Assembly (NCBI GenBank): GCA_964016885.1
Contig: OZ024741.1
Coordinates: 139,190,001 to 139,254,000, forward strand
Length of the DNA stretch: 64,000 nucleotides
Direction: 5' to 3'
Source of the DNA: Eledone cirrhosa
Lineage: Eukaryota
The first letter of the stretch is position 1. Every line of letters starts with the position of its first letter. The notes under the pieces were generated by a model. That model searched no databases. It saw only the letters and a program-made list of their open reading frames with translations, and was not told where the DNA came from. Both the position numbers and the translations under genes were made by a program. Positions 1 to 13,332 of this stretch are shown in pieces.

Positions 1-2744
1 AATATAGAATATATAGACAATAATAATTCGAATCTTAATCCTGATAAAAATAATAATAATATGACTGGCATGTATAAACGAAATTCTAAAAACTATAATT
101 CAAACTTGAATAAATCGGGGAAAAGAACCAGAACTAAATCAGTTATATGGTCATCCCCCTGCTTCTGTAGCAGTAAGAACACCACTAGCTAATCTATTCT
201 TTAAGGCTTTAGATAATTCCTTAGCTAGTCAACATAAATACCGTTCAATATTTAATAGACACACAATTAATCTTTCTTATTCTACAACAACGAATATGGC
301 CCAAAACATCGCTAGCCTAAATAGAAGGATTCTAAACCAAAATCAGTATAATGCTGTTAATAATAGTGTTAATATAAATAATAATAAATCGAAATATAAT
401 TGTAGAAATAAACCAGATTGCCCTCTGCAAAATAATTGTCTGGATAGAAATTTGGTGTATAAATGCACCGTAAAAACAAATAACAACACATACAACTACA
501 TAGGGGCAACTTCTTCGACATTTAAATCGAGATTTGCGAATCACAAATGCTCGTTTTTGAATTTTAATAGGAAGTCTTCGACTTCCTTATCACAAATTAT
601 ATGGAGATTAAAAGACAACAATTTGAAATACTCGATGTTTGGACGAAGCTTTGTAATAGTAGAATCTACTTGAACTCATCTATATCAACTAACTGCAACC
701 TCTGCACAAAGGAGACCCTATTAATAATTACTAATTATGAAAACTTAATTAACAAAAAAAGTTAATTATTCTCAAACTGCCTTCATAAAGCTTTGTCTAC
801 ATTCCAAGCCTCGCAAAAAGTCAGGAAAAAACACTAAACAAACAGGCTTTAATTTTTGACGTCTCTCATCAACTGTTGGACCTAAAACGTTATAACAGTT
901 TATAAAACTTTAATAATACTTTATATTCTTATCATTTATGATAGAATTAATGTTAGAATGAAGGATCCTGTTTAGGTATATAAATATTATTTGGTAACAT
1001 GTTCTCTTGATAAATATGCACACCTTTGGATTATTTTAGATATTTATAATTGAGATTCGGATCTTTATATATTTGACTCTGTTTCAAATATATAATTTGG
1101 ATATTTAACTTGTAACATTACCGGTTATAATTGAACCGTAGATCATTCATGCATTTATATATTTTACTCATTTTAAGTATGTTTTGGGACTCCGAAAGTT
1201 AGATTTGCACGTATATATTTGTTATATATATCTAGGTATAAACCATACTAGTCGACACATATTGGTCTCGCTTTCCACTGAACTGGAGGTAAAACTACAA
1301 TTATAGCATTACTAATAATGATTGTAATTATTTATTTATTATATGTATATCGTTTCACTATTGCCTATAATACTCTCTCTATATAGTTGTACAAATATGT
1401 TTTTCTTGTGTAATAACATGCTCGTAGTTACATTTATAAATAATTTAGATACTCAAATGACTCTCTATTGTTATAAGTGTTAGATATTCCCTAGATCTTG
1501 GAAATTATATAATGATTATTACTTAATTTAATATAATTTACTTTATTTTAATTAACTTTAGATTACCTTCGGCTTTTTCAAGTCTTTAGCTCCTCTTTCT
1601 ATCACATTCGCTGGACATTTTAGAAGTATCTTTCGTGTACTATATATTAAAACCCTCTTACATTTTAAACTATATTTTTAATATTGGGCATTCTTTTGTT
1701 TCGTAAACAATTCATTATTTTTCACTTTTTATTTTGTTTCTAGCCCTTATCCTTAGGACTCATGTAGTTTTGACTTATATGTTTATAGTATATATCTATT
1801 AAATGATCCTTTTACAATAATTGATCTAACACATTAATTTTTAACAATATAATATTTGTGTATATTTCTTTGATAAACACATATATGTAATTTAGAATTC
1901 AGACCTCTTTAAGTTTAATTATAAGGCCTGTAGATCCTTTAGGCACACAAATTGTTAATCATAAATTCTTTAAAAATTATATCTGTAATTATTTTCTAAA
2001 TTATATTATATAAACTGTTGTCAATGTTATAAATAATGTTGGTAAAGTTTACCTTCGTGAGATTGTAAAAACATTGTTTTCTTTCTCGTATTTGTAAATC
2101 CTTTAAATTTGATTTCATAAAATTTGATTTTAGAAATTAAACTTGATAGTATACTTTAATATTAATACGGATACCTATTAACTTTTAAAACCTAAAATAT
2201 TATTCATTACTCTGAACTAACTTAAATTAAATATTTTGAAAATGAACAGTCAACCAAATAAGTTTAGATATATATTGTATATATGGATAATTGTCTAAAA
2301 GCTTGAACATAAATTATTCCTCTTTGTCTCTCTCTCTCTGTAATCAACTCTCTTTTGCTTTTCTAGGCCCCTACTAACTATATTATCCCCTCATCTGTCT
2401 CTTCCTCTATGCTTTTATTTTCTGTACTCTTTCTTCAGTAATTTAAATTATTTAACAGTTATATTGATGCCAAGTATATTTTAAGTCTCACACGCACCCT
2501 CTCTATTGTATGTATTATATATTTTTCTCATGTTCTCAATATTAAGGTATATAAATATTGAATTTTGTCATATTACTCACTACCATGACTGAATCTTAAC
2601 CATCTTCAATGTCAGGGTATGTCATGCATCAACTTGTTTTATCTGATGAGGGCGTACTGTTGAACTTAACTCAGTACCTCTGAAATATGTATAATAAAAT
2701 ATACTTGATCACAAGAATATCTATTTTGTTAATATTTTGAATTA

Positions 2745-2745
<1 letters not shown>
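1..2745 (+). mobile_element. Naiad-type Penelope-like element, 3' part (GIY-YIG endonuclease, long 3' UTR, pLTR end)
   Basis: ORF 296-673 has YNCR..CPL..CL..LVYKC..YIGAT..FKSRFANH..SF. A frameshifted CNLC..E..LIN..CLHK tail runs to about 836. The element ends in a hammerhead followed by (TA)n. Confidence 0.85.
2637..2699 (+). ncRNA. type I hammerhead ribozyme in pLTR
   Basis: ttttat-CTGATGA-stem II (gtactg/cagtac)-GAAA-tatgta-TA-ataaaa; stem I ttttat/ataaaa. Confidence 0.75.
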
Positions 2746-2784
<39 letters not shown>

Positions 2785-2786
<2 letters not shown>

Positions 2787-3360
2787 AGGGGATGTAACTT
2801 GGAGTTAAGCAGGTTCACCCGGGAGAGCACTCGATGTTTAGGTTCACTTCTGTGATGAGGTGTTGTGCTATACAGAGTGTAATATATTGAAAGAATAACA
2901 AGGACGATTGTTTACTCCTTCATTACATTTATTGGTAGGTTATGCGCGTTTCGCCACTGATCAGCTCAAGGTTCGATCTGTATCGATCCTACCTGACTCA
3001 ATGATCGGCAGCTCGACGCACCCTTTAAAATGCTAAAAGAAAATGAAATACATGCTATGTGGTAAAGACAGAAGTTCGAGAGTTTGACAATATGAGTTGT
3101 TTTGATTGGTGGGAAGGATTAAAGAGATGTACTGGCATGTAGTGTATCTGGGGGTGGATGTGATGATAAGATGTTGGTGACGGTCACTGGCTGCGATGGG
3201 CTGTGGTGTGGGGGTAATGGGTTGTCGGTAGACGGCTTGGCGTGTGTGGGGTGTGGTTGTGGTGTTGTTGTTTATGGTAGTGGCGTTTGTGGTGGTGCGG
3301 TGGATGTGTTGTTGGAGTCGAGTACATGGCGAGATACATAACTAGACACTCTTAATCTGA
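2785..3360 (-). mobile_element. PLE pLTR/3' fragment with degenerate long-stem-II hammerhead
   Basis: Homologous to 62994-63190. Minus strand reads gctgccgatca...tgatcagtggc-GAAA-cgcgca; the CTGANGA core has decayed. Confidence 0.55.
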
Positions 3361-3633
3361 CAAATACGTTGTGTATATATATATACGTGCGCATATATAC
3401 TGATATATATATATATATATATACATACGTACACACTAACATACACACACATACACGCGCCAACATAGATCCACACATACACACATACTGATATGCACAC
3501 ATACACGTACACACGTATACATAAACATACACATACACACACATATACATACATACATATACACACACATATATATATACATACATATATATATGTATAT
3601 ATATATATACATACATATACATATATGTATACG

Positions 3634-3696
<63 letters not shown>

Positions 3697-3703
3697 GTAT
3701 ACG

Positions 3704-3797
<94 letters not shown>

Positions 3798-4744
3798 ATA
3801 TATATATATACAAACACACACACATACGTACATAAGCAATCGTATCTATGCATCCCTGTAGGTGTGTATGTATGAGTTCATGTGTCTATAATCAGCTTAG
3901 TGGACACAATAGTTTAATGTACATATTTTTTTACCGACGCTGAACTAGCAATAATAGTAAATAGAAGACAGAATTCAGGAGACAATATAAAAAATATATA
4001 ATGAAATAGAGCGTGAAGAAAAGAGAAAAATGTGTGGGAAATGAAGAAGAAGAAATCTAATATGATCATATTAGAGATGAAGAAAACGCAGAAGAAAGGT
4101 ATGAAGAAGAATATGAAAGAAATAACTACGAACAGGGGGGAAGTTATAGGCACTAGGAGAAATAAAAATCTGAAGAACATGTGAGAAATGAATCAGAGAT
4201 GGTTGTGAAAGAAATAGTGTGCGTAGATCATTAACAAAAAAAAATAGACATGCTGATGATTTTAGGGGGGATGTTTATAGTGTTGAGAGTAATGATGATG
4301 ATGGTGGTGAGACAATGACGATGGTAACGTTGGCGATGAAAATGGTGTTGATAAATACAATGGAGGAGAACGATTTTGTAAATGTTTTTGATAATGATGA
4401 TGATTATCAGCAAGGCGATTAAAAATAAAAAGATTTAAATTGAGCTGCCAACTGGGATATTGTCTATAGGTAGGGGGTGGAATGATTGACTGTGGATTGT
4501 GGGCGGGGAGTCTGGTTTTGGTTAGTAGTGAGGTGACTGAATTCTCTGGCAGACATGGCCAAGATTGTGCGGCTATAGGATAGTTAGTTATATGGAAGAG
4601 GCTGCCAATAAATCTGATTGAGTTAATCTCACAGAGAAGGTTTCAGGGAAGAAACATCAGCCGTAAATAAAATAATAATAATATTAATTATATATATATA
4701 TGTGTGTGTGTGTATATGTGTGTGTATACACACGGTGTATGTCT

Positions 4745-4778
<34 letters not shown>

Positions 4779-4827
4779 ATACAAACTCACACACATATAT
4801 GTATATATGTATATACACACACACACA

Positions 4828-4868
<41 letters not shown>

Positions 4869-5121
4869 GGAAAAAATGAAACGAAATTTCATTTCTCACT
4901 CTTAGTACGGCTGTTACTTAAATATAAGTATGTATACGTACATACATATATGTATTCAGAGGTACAGTAATATGTATATACATATACATACATGCACACA
5001 TATATATATGTACGTATGTATATACGTACATATATATATATGAGTGCATGTATGTTTATATATATATATACATACTACTGTACGTCTGTATACATATATG
5101 TATGCACGTATACATACTTAT

Positions 5122-5154
<33 letters not shown>

Positions 5155-5190
5155 CATACATATATAAATACATACATATCTATATATAAC

Positions 5191-5240
<50 letters not shown>

Positions 5241-5399
5241 CATACATATATTTATATACATAGATATATGCATACATATATATATATACATAGTTACATA
5301 TATAAACACACACACACACAACATATATATATATATAAATATATTTACACATATATACATACACACACATACATATATAAACATATATATATATATATA

Positions 5400-5470
<71 letters not shown>

Positions 5471-5666
5471 CATATTTTTTATTTTCCATTTTGGAATAAC
5501 ATTAAATGAAAAGATAATGTGTAAAAAAACATTGAAGAATGAAAGAATGCGAGAAAGAAGAAAGTAAGACACAACATATACTCGCATACACACAAACACA
5601 TATGGCTGTATGTAACTACACATATACAGACACACAAACATATATATATATATATGCGTATATACG

Positions 5667-5701
<35 letters not shown>

Positions 5702-6251
5702 GAAAATATATATATATATATATATATATACATACACGTATTCCTTAATATACGTATGTATGTGTAAGTGTTGGTGTGTATGTGTGTGTGGGTGTTTGTG
5801 TATGTGGGTGTGTGTGTGTATGTGTGTGTGTGTGTGTGTGTGTTTTGGTTATTTTGTTCTACTATCAAGGACAGAATTAATGCAGAACTGCATTTAGACT
5901 CTCAAGAGGAATAGCGAACCAAGAGACTTGGTCTATTTTAATTTCCTCCGATAGTTTGGTGATATTTTGGTGTCCAACACTTAAATGGAACTGGCATGGC
6001 ATGTAGCTGACAATCACATTCTTACATAGAATTTCCAAAATTTATTTCTTTCGTTTTGATTTTATTCTTCTTTCTAAGATAAAATCTCGTGTCTAGAATA
6101 ATGGAGCCATTGAAGAAGTTCGTAAGAAGGTCCTATTTTATTTGGATTTTATTTCTCTTTCTTATTTATGCGTCTTTCTCGGTTCGGATCGAATATGACC
6201 TTAGACTCATGGGATAAAAGGCACGCGCACACACACACACACACACACACG

Positions 6252-6302
<51 letters not shown>

Positions 6303-6303
<1 letters not shown>

Positions 6304-6492
6304 GTTTTAATATAGATGAGATTCTACAGGACTAGAACTGTTTCATTCATTAGAAGTCATCAGGAATGATGACTTCTAATGAATGAAACAGTTCTAGTCC
6401 TGTAGAATCTCATCTATATTAAAACTGTTATACTCTGCTATGTATTGAGTACCTTACTTACTGTGGTTACCTCCGATTCAACCCGGAATAAC

Positions 6493-6498
<6 letters not shown>
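6303..6498. mobile_element. mini pLTR hairpin element in (TA)n (same family as 17661-17858)
   Basis: Perfect 60-bp inverted arms 6303-6362 and 6367-6426 with a ggaa loop and a hammerhead motif in the arm. A unique tail ends in cccggaataacg. Confidence 0.8.
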
Positions 6499-6544
<46 letters not shown>

Positions 6545-9110
6545 TGCGTGTGGATTTATGTGTACTCATACATGTATACATACATATCCATAAACATGTG
6601 TTTTTGAATCCCCGTGATTTTGTGTATTTGTGTGTGTACCGCGAGTGATATTACTAGAGAAAAGACAAAAGGATTTCTTTGTAATATTGTGCATTTGTGT
6701 ATTACATTTTCTTGTTTCTGTTTAAACGAAGTCAAAAATAATTAGTAGAATATATTTACAATCCCCCCCTCCTTCCCCTTCCAATCATCTCTCACTGCAC
6801 ACTTTCAAATAATTGCCAATCTACAAATGATATCATATTATTAGCATGCCTAAGCAACAATAATTAAATTTATTTCCAATTTACTATGATAAAAACAGAC
6901 TTAAAATATGCGAAGATGCAACGTCTTGCTTTGTTCTGCATTTGTGCTAGTCATTTATTTCTGAAGTCATATCTTATTTAATTTGATTCGAATATTTTTG
7001 TTTCTAAAATTATTAATTATTGTATTTTAAGTATCCTTTGTATTTACTGGTTGTAATTATTTCATTATATTGCTTTGGTTTTTTTTCTGCATTCATATAT
7101 TTTATAGTTTATTTTCTACTTTCTGCAAATATTTGTTTGTTTTTTCTCCATAATTATCATTAATTACTATATTTTAAAATCCCATATATTTACGGGTTAT
7201 TATTTCCTCTTATGGTTTTGCATGGATTTTGTTTTCTTGTGCATTCATGTATTTCCTTATGTTGCATTTTTTATTGAATTTGCAGCAAATATTTTAACAT
7301 TTCTGAAATAATTATTAATTATTTTATTTAAAAGATCGTTTATATGCGCTCGTTATTCTTTTATGGAAGTACTTTTTGGGGCATACGCACATTTTTTATT
7401 TAATTTGCTGAGAATTTTTCTATTTCGAATTATTTTAATAAATTGTTTTTCCTAATTTTGAAAATCATATTTACTGCTTATTTGCATTGTAACATGTTCT
7501 TTGAAATTATTTTTGTTATTCGTGAAAACATAATTCATATTTAGAGGTTATTTTTCATTCATTATATTATTTTGAATTGGTTTCAAACTTTAAAACGAAT
7601 GGTAATATTTACATGCTTCTGTGAATGCTGCGTAGTGGCTAATTTTTATTAAGGTGGTAATTATGAAGCCAACTTTGAAATAAAACTGTTTTTAAAGTGC
7701 ATAATCTGCGTTAGACAAATTTATAATAATCACTTTGACCTTTTTACTATTGTTATAATTATTTTAATCTACACTACAATGAAATTTAAGCGCCATATCC
7801 GCTACAATAGTATAGCAGAATACAGAACAATACTTAACATTAGAAGAGAAAGGCGCCAGGCTTAGTGGTTAGGGAGTTTGGATAATGAGGAAGGTCGTGA
7901 AGTGAATTCCTTGCGGTGCATTGTCCTTCACCAAGAAACTTTAAATCAGGCTGCTCTAGTTCAGTGAACTGTTAAAACGTTTTAGTTGTCGTTGAAACAC
8001 ATTTGCCTTGTTGCCTTGTTGCCTTGTTGCCTTGTAACACATTTTGTCCTTTTGAATATCATTGAGAATTAAATGTAGGGTATACCTGTCTGTGGCATTC
8101 TCAGCACATCAATTTCCCCAGTGGGTTGTCCGTACACCCAAATCATTCACTGATGGTATAAACACAATTATTTGAAGTACATACAGAGCATGTAGGTGGA
8201 TAGTTGGCTGTAGTTAGAGAGTTAACTATAAATAAATAATGTGTTTAATGTGTTTATATCTACAGTATCATATATGTACGTAAACAACTCAGAGACACCA
8301 GAAATATGTATTATTGCTTATGAAGTTTTAATATAAATAACTCATTATTCTTTTTTGAATGTAAACACATTTCCGTGTATGGAAATTCTATAATATGAAT
8401 ATAATATATTTGTCATTTGGTATCTGGTAATTCATCAATAGATATCCATACCATTGACTAAAACATTCATCAATGCCTATCATCTGTTCAAAACGAGGAA
8501 TCATTTTCAATCTATTCCTCACCCACCGTCTCCGTTTCCGGTTTAATCCACAAATAGAAATTCATTACCTCTTTAGTTCCTATTATTTATGCCGGCAATC
8601 CTCAACGTCAAACCTCTGAACATGTTAATCAATACATATTAACCTCTGCATACTACATCAATTGGGTTAACCTACGCAAATCTAGTCATATTTATTGTGT
8701 ATTTCGTTCTCAATGTCTTTAAATAAGCCAAGGGAATATATTACATACATACAAATGTATGTGTATATATGCATATGCAAAATGTTAAGCGCATTGCCAC
8801 CAAATGCTTTATCCCGTAAACACAAATCAAGAAATTCTGAGCGCCATTGTAAATAACAATACAGAATCCCCTCAAAGATATTTAGGTGACGAGGTTCTGC
8901 TTTTATTGTATGTTGATTCGTCAAAACTCTTGAATATGAAACTGTAAGTCGTGATTCAGTTATTTTACTCTGTATGTAGACTGTATTGTGTACATTGTAG
9001 TTGACCGTAAAAAACATATAACTTGTTACACGCACACACTCAAACACACAGACACAGTACGCACAAACTTTGCAGGCTCACCAATATTGCTGAGATTGTG
9101 GCATTGTGTG

Positions 9111-9153
<43 letters not shown>

Positions 9154-9275
9154 CGAAGGAAGTGTGGTAAGGAACCAGGTAGACCATAACACAGCAGAGT
9201 ACTCGATACTTAGGGTTGTTCTAATCTAGCTCTCGAAACGGCCGGAACTCAGCCGTCGGGGTCTTGACTCATTTT

Positions 9276-9348
<73 letters not shown>

Positions 9349-9363
9349 AAATATGCACATACA

Positions 9364-9411
<48 letters not shown>

Positions 9412-9544
9412 GTGTGTATATGGGTGTGCATATGTCCTTTTATATATATAGATACCTGCATGTGTAAGTTCACATTTATGTGCGTGTGTCTGTGCATGAT
9501 TGTGTGCATATTGATAAACGCCTATACGAATGTATGTTCATAGG

Positions 9545-9990
9545 ATTTCCCATAAAGTGTTAGGTCATCCATGAACAGATGATTTATATTAAACTCGCAT
9601 CCTCTTTACTCGTACCAGCCTTTGGCCTTCTAAACACTAATGAAGGTGGAACCATACAGATTACAAAGAACAGTGGTGAAAGACTGTCTCCCTGAAATAT
9701 TCCTCTCTTGAACTTCTACATGATGTCTGATCATTCTTCCAACCATCAATACTCCTCGTCAGAAACTGTCTAACGTTAGCTGAAATACCAAACATTTTCA
9801 AACATTCTACAATACAACTATGTGGCACCATGTAGTAAGTACTGCGGTAATCGTTCCAGGCCGTGGTAAGATTTTACAATCTTTAAGTATCGCTTTATCA
9901 ATCAACAATTGATCCTTAGTCCCATTGTTTCTAATCTACATACCCTCTTCCCTGCAGGTATTGTCTCACCAGCTATTTATATGTGTAGCA
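9545..9990 (-). pseudogene. degenerate R4-clade RT fragment
   Basis: Minus-strand peptides GTKDQLLIDK, MVPHSCIVECLKMF and KRGIFQGDSLSPLFFV match the R4 elements at 19.8-26.3 kb. Confidence 0.7.
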
Positions 9991-10368
9991 CATAGAATAA
10001 CACTTTAGTGTTTCCGAAAATGACGGTCAATCGATGAAGGATTTCAAGACTAGATGCCGCTAGTGACGTAAAGATTACAATGCTAGCCGATATAACGATC
10101 GTCCTCGATCAATCAACTCTGAAACTATTGTAAACCAATTAACTATATAACTACCTATCTCTGACTTTAGTTTTATTTTCATTGTTTAATATACACCCAT
10201 ATGAATAAATGACTCTGTAATTTGGGCAGATTCCGAGGAAAACTTAGGTAGCGAGCTCTTAACACACAAACTATAGGACTGTCTGCCTAATCACGCTGAA
10301 ACCATCTCTTCAAGTTCATATTGATTTCTAACAACGTTATTTGCCCTACCACAAACAGTTGTAAATCA

Positions 10369-10410
<42 letters not shown>

Positions 10411-10412
10411 AT

Positions 10413-10449
<37 letters not shown>

Positions 10450-11384
10450 ACTGTGTGTGTGTGAGTGGGCGTGTATGTATATGTATATGTGTGTGTGTCT
10501 GTGTGTTTGTGTGTGCGTAAGGCTAGATATAGCCTACCCACTTACCTCCTATTATCCAACCTCCTCTCCTTCAGATCTTAGCCGGTTCCTTATGAGTGAC
10601 TGACATCCGCTACGGTGATACATTTGTATATCTTCCTTACCAAGCGTGAAACTTATACGGGTTTTATTTTGTATCTTTGTGTTACGCTTATTATTTTTGA
10701 ATTATATATATATATATGTATATAAATAAATATATATATATATACATAAATTGCCTCATAATTTCGTGTACCGGCAAATATGTTATAACATAATTATATT
10801 AAATTTATAGATATGTGTGGAACATATTAAATTGTCTATTGTTTTATAGCTACAACGGAAATGTGGCTATACATTAAGTTTAGTTCCATCGCAATTTAGG
10901 CATACATCTAGTTTTACGTCAGAAATCTCCATTTACCTTTCGATAAAATAAAAGCATTCGTGTTTTGTACAAATTTTAAAACAATAGTTCATAAATAGAT
11001 AGAGAAACTTAACCTTTTGATGAATTCAACTACTTCGTTTAATTCACTGATAAAAATAGTGCCATTGTGTCTACAAAGGAAATATTTATCTTTTAAATCC
11101 ATTTGTATTAGAACGTTCATTTATCATCGTTATTATTTCAATCGTTTAAACATTGGGATGTGTTTTAGAGTTTTAAAATTCTATTAAATTCCGGTCATAC
11201 GTAAAAGAAAAGAAGAAAAAATCTACTATCTTTTAACTTTACACAAATGTTATATATCATTACGGAAATTCTTAAAACAGAATTCTGATTTTCATGCTTT
11301 TGTCAAAAGTTTTCATGATCAATGAATATGAATTTAAAGAATTTGCTTTTAAGCCAACTGGAATCAGTAGTACCTATTAATACT

Positions 11385-11825
11385 GATTTCAATTTCAGGC
11401 ACAAGGCCAGCACTTTTGTAGGGAAGCAACATTCGAATACATTAACTCTCGTACGCGATTAATACTATATTTTAACCACAACGAAAGGATGAAATGTAAA
11501 TTAAACCTCGACAGGATTTGAACTCAGAACGTAAAGAGTAGAAAGGCATTTTGTTAGGCATTTTTTTTATTGCTCTAAGACACCAGACAATCCACCGTTC
11601 TGTATAAATATGAATAATGGATTCTGATTTAGGCACAAGGCAAAACAAATTCTGGGGAGGGAAGGGAGGATTAAATCGACTCAGTGTGTTACTGGTATTT
11701 TATGGACCCCGTAAGGATGAAAGGTAAATCGAAGCTCGGTTTGATTGAATCCTGAACTTAAAGTGACGTTATTATATGCCACATAGAATATTATCCGAAG
11801 CTCTAGCAATACTGCCCATCCAACA
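11385..11825 (-). mobile_element. two adjacent diverged SINE copies
   Basis: Shared core ggcacaagg...aaggatgaaa...atttgaactcag; the reverse strand carries a B-box-like gttcaaat. Confidence 0.65.
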
Positions 11826-13332
11826 CAAATCTGTTTTAAGCCTATTACGACTGGTGGTGAGAGGTAGTTCGCAGAGACCTCCCCGCGTGTTATCTTTTCT
11901 CATCACGTTTGAGAGCAAGCAGATTTCCCTCTGAAATTTGGTGAATTTTTCCTAAATGTATCCTCTTAAATCTTTACATTCCTCCGTTGCCATGAAAACG
12001 GTAGAAGTTCAAAAGGGTATAAAATATTCTTTCATTTTTCTTGTTGCAAAATTTGATCCTACAGACTTTGTAACCGAGACAGTATCGCCAAACAACATTA
12101 CCAATCTGATACAGGTGAGGTGCATGACAAAAGTTGCTCTGACAACCCCGTCGTTTACATGACAACCATTTTTAACCATATTGCAACATCTTTGACATTG
12201 CATTGTTTTTGTTTCGTTATTAGAGAAGGAGCACGAAAGTACCTATATGCAAAATATCTATATTCCTGCAAAGTTTCGTGATCATAGCCTTACTGGTCCT
12301 AGAAAAACGTTTGAAAACTTTAAGAGAATTAAATGTTAACACCTCTGGGTACAACTGATGAGGTCATCAGACAAATTATGAAGCCAGAAATATTTAGGAA
12401 ATACCGAAATGTTTTGTTATGAATGGTCTAGACTGGCACCAGATTTCATTTTATATCATTAGTGGCTCAGTAATAATGCCAAATGGTCTCTCAGAGCCTC
12501 TAAAATACTCAGGTGTTGTAGGGTTATTACAATTATAGAAACAAGAAAATAAGTCGTCAGAGCGGCTGATGAAACTGTTTTAATTTTTATTTTTATCTCA
12601 TTCCCTGGCCGATAAGTGCCAACAACTTTAGTACCAGATATTGATTGCTTGACTGACTGATATGTTGCTTGCAAAGACTATAAGGACAATGTGTGTTCTG
12701 AGTTCAAATAATATCCATCTATCACCTATGCGACTATCAGATAGTATAAACAATGGAGTGACGAAGAGAAATGTAGATTCCTCAAAGTAATTAGTAATTT
12801 AAATAATCATCATATCAGAAAACAACTTCTTAAAACATGAAATATGCTTATATCCCTGAGTCAGTTCATGAATAAGGGAACAGAAAAGTGTTATTTTACA
12901 CCGTAAATAGAGTAGTACTCATGATTGAAAGTTGTCGCTGTGGAGTTGGGTATGGTATATGTGTAAATTTGATGTGTATTGTGACCCGCTCAGGAACGTA
13001 ACGCCGTGACTGCAATTCTAGACGGCACCTTGTGTCCTTGAACAAAACATTTTATTTCATGTTGTTTATAAAATTAGATGTAACTGTAATTTAAATGTAC
13101 ACAATTTTAATAAACTGTGTCAAGAGCTGAATCGCCCCGAGAACTGCAATAAGTTTACATGTCCTAGTTAAGCCACATCCATTTTCATTTTGTGAGAAGG
13201 ATAATCAACTGAACAAAAATCTGAAACACACATCGTCGTAACCGAGGGCGAAGCAACACACGCCTGAGTGATAAATATAGTGATATATTTACATATATAT
13301 ATATATATATCTATATATATATATATATATAT

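Noticed and set aside
3272-5897. Many [12 protein letters not shown] ORFs, here and throughout the window
   Set aside because: They are translations of (TA)n, (CA)n and (GA)n microsatellites.
7855-8160. tRNA gene, also at about 13000, 43610 and 61200
   Set aside because: Decayed tRNA-derived SINE heads with no cloverleaf.
8682-9047. 121-aa minus-strand ORF as a host gene
   Set aside because: No recognisable domain and no consistent splice pair.
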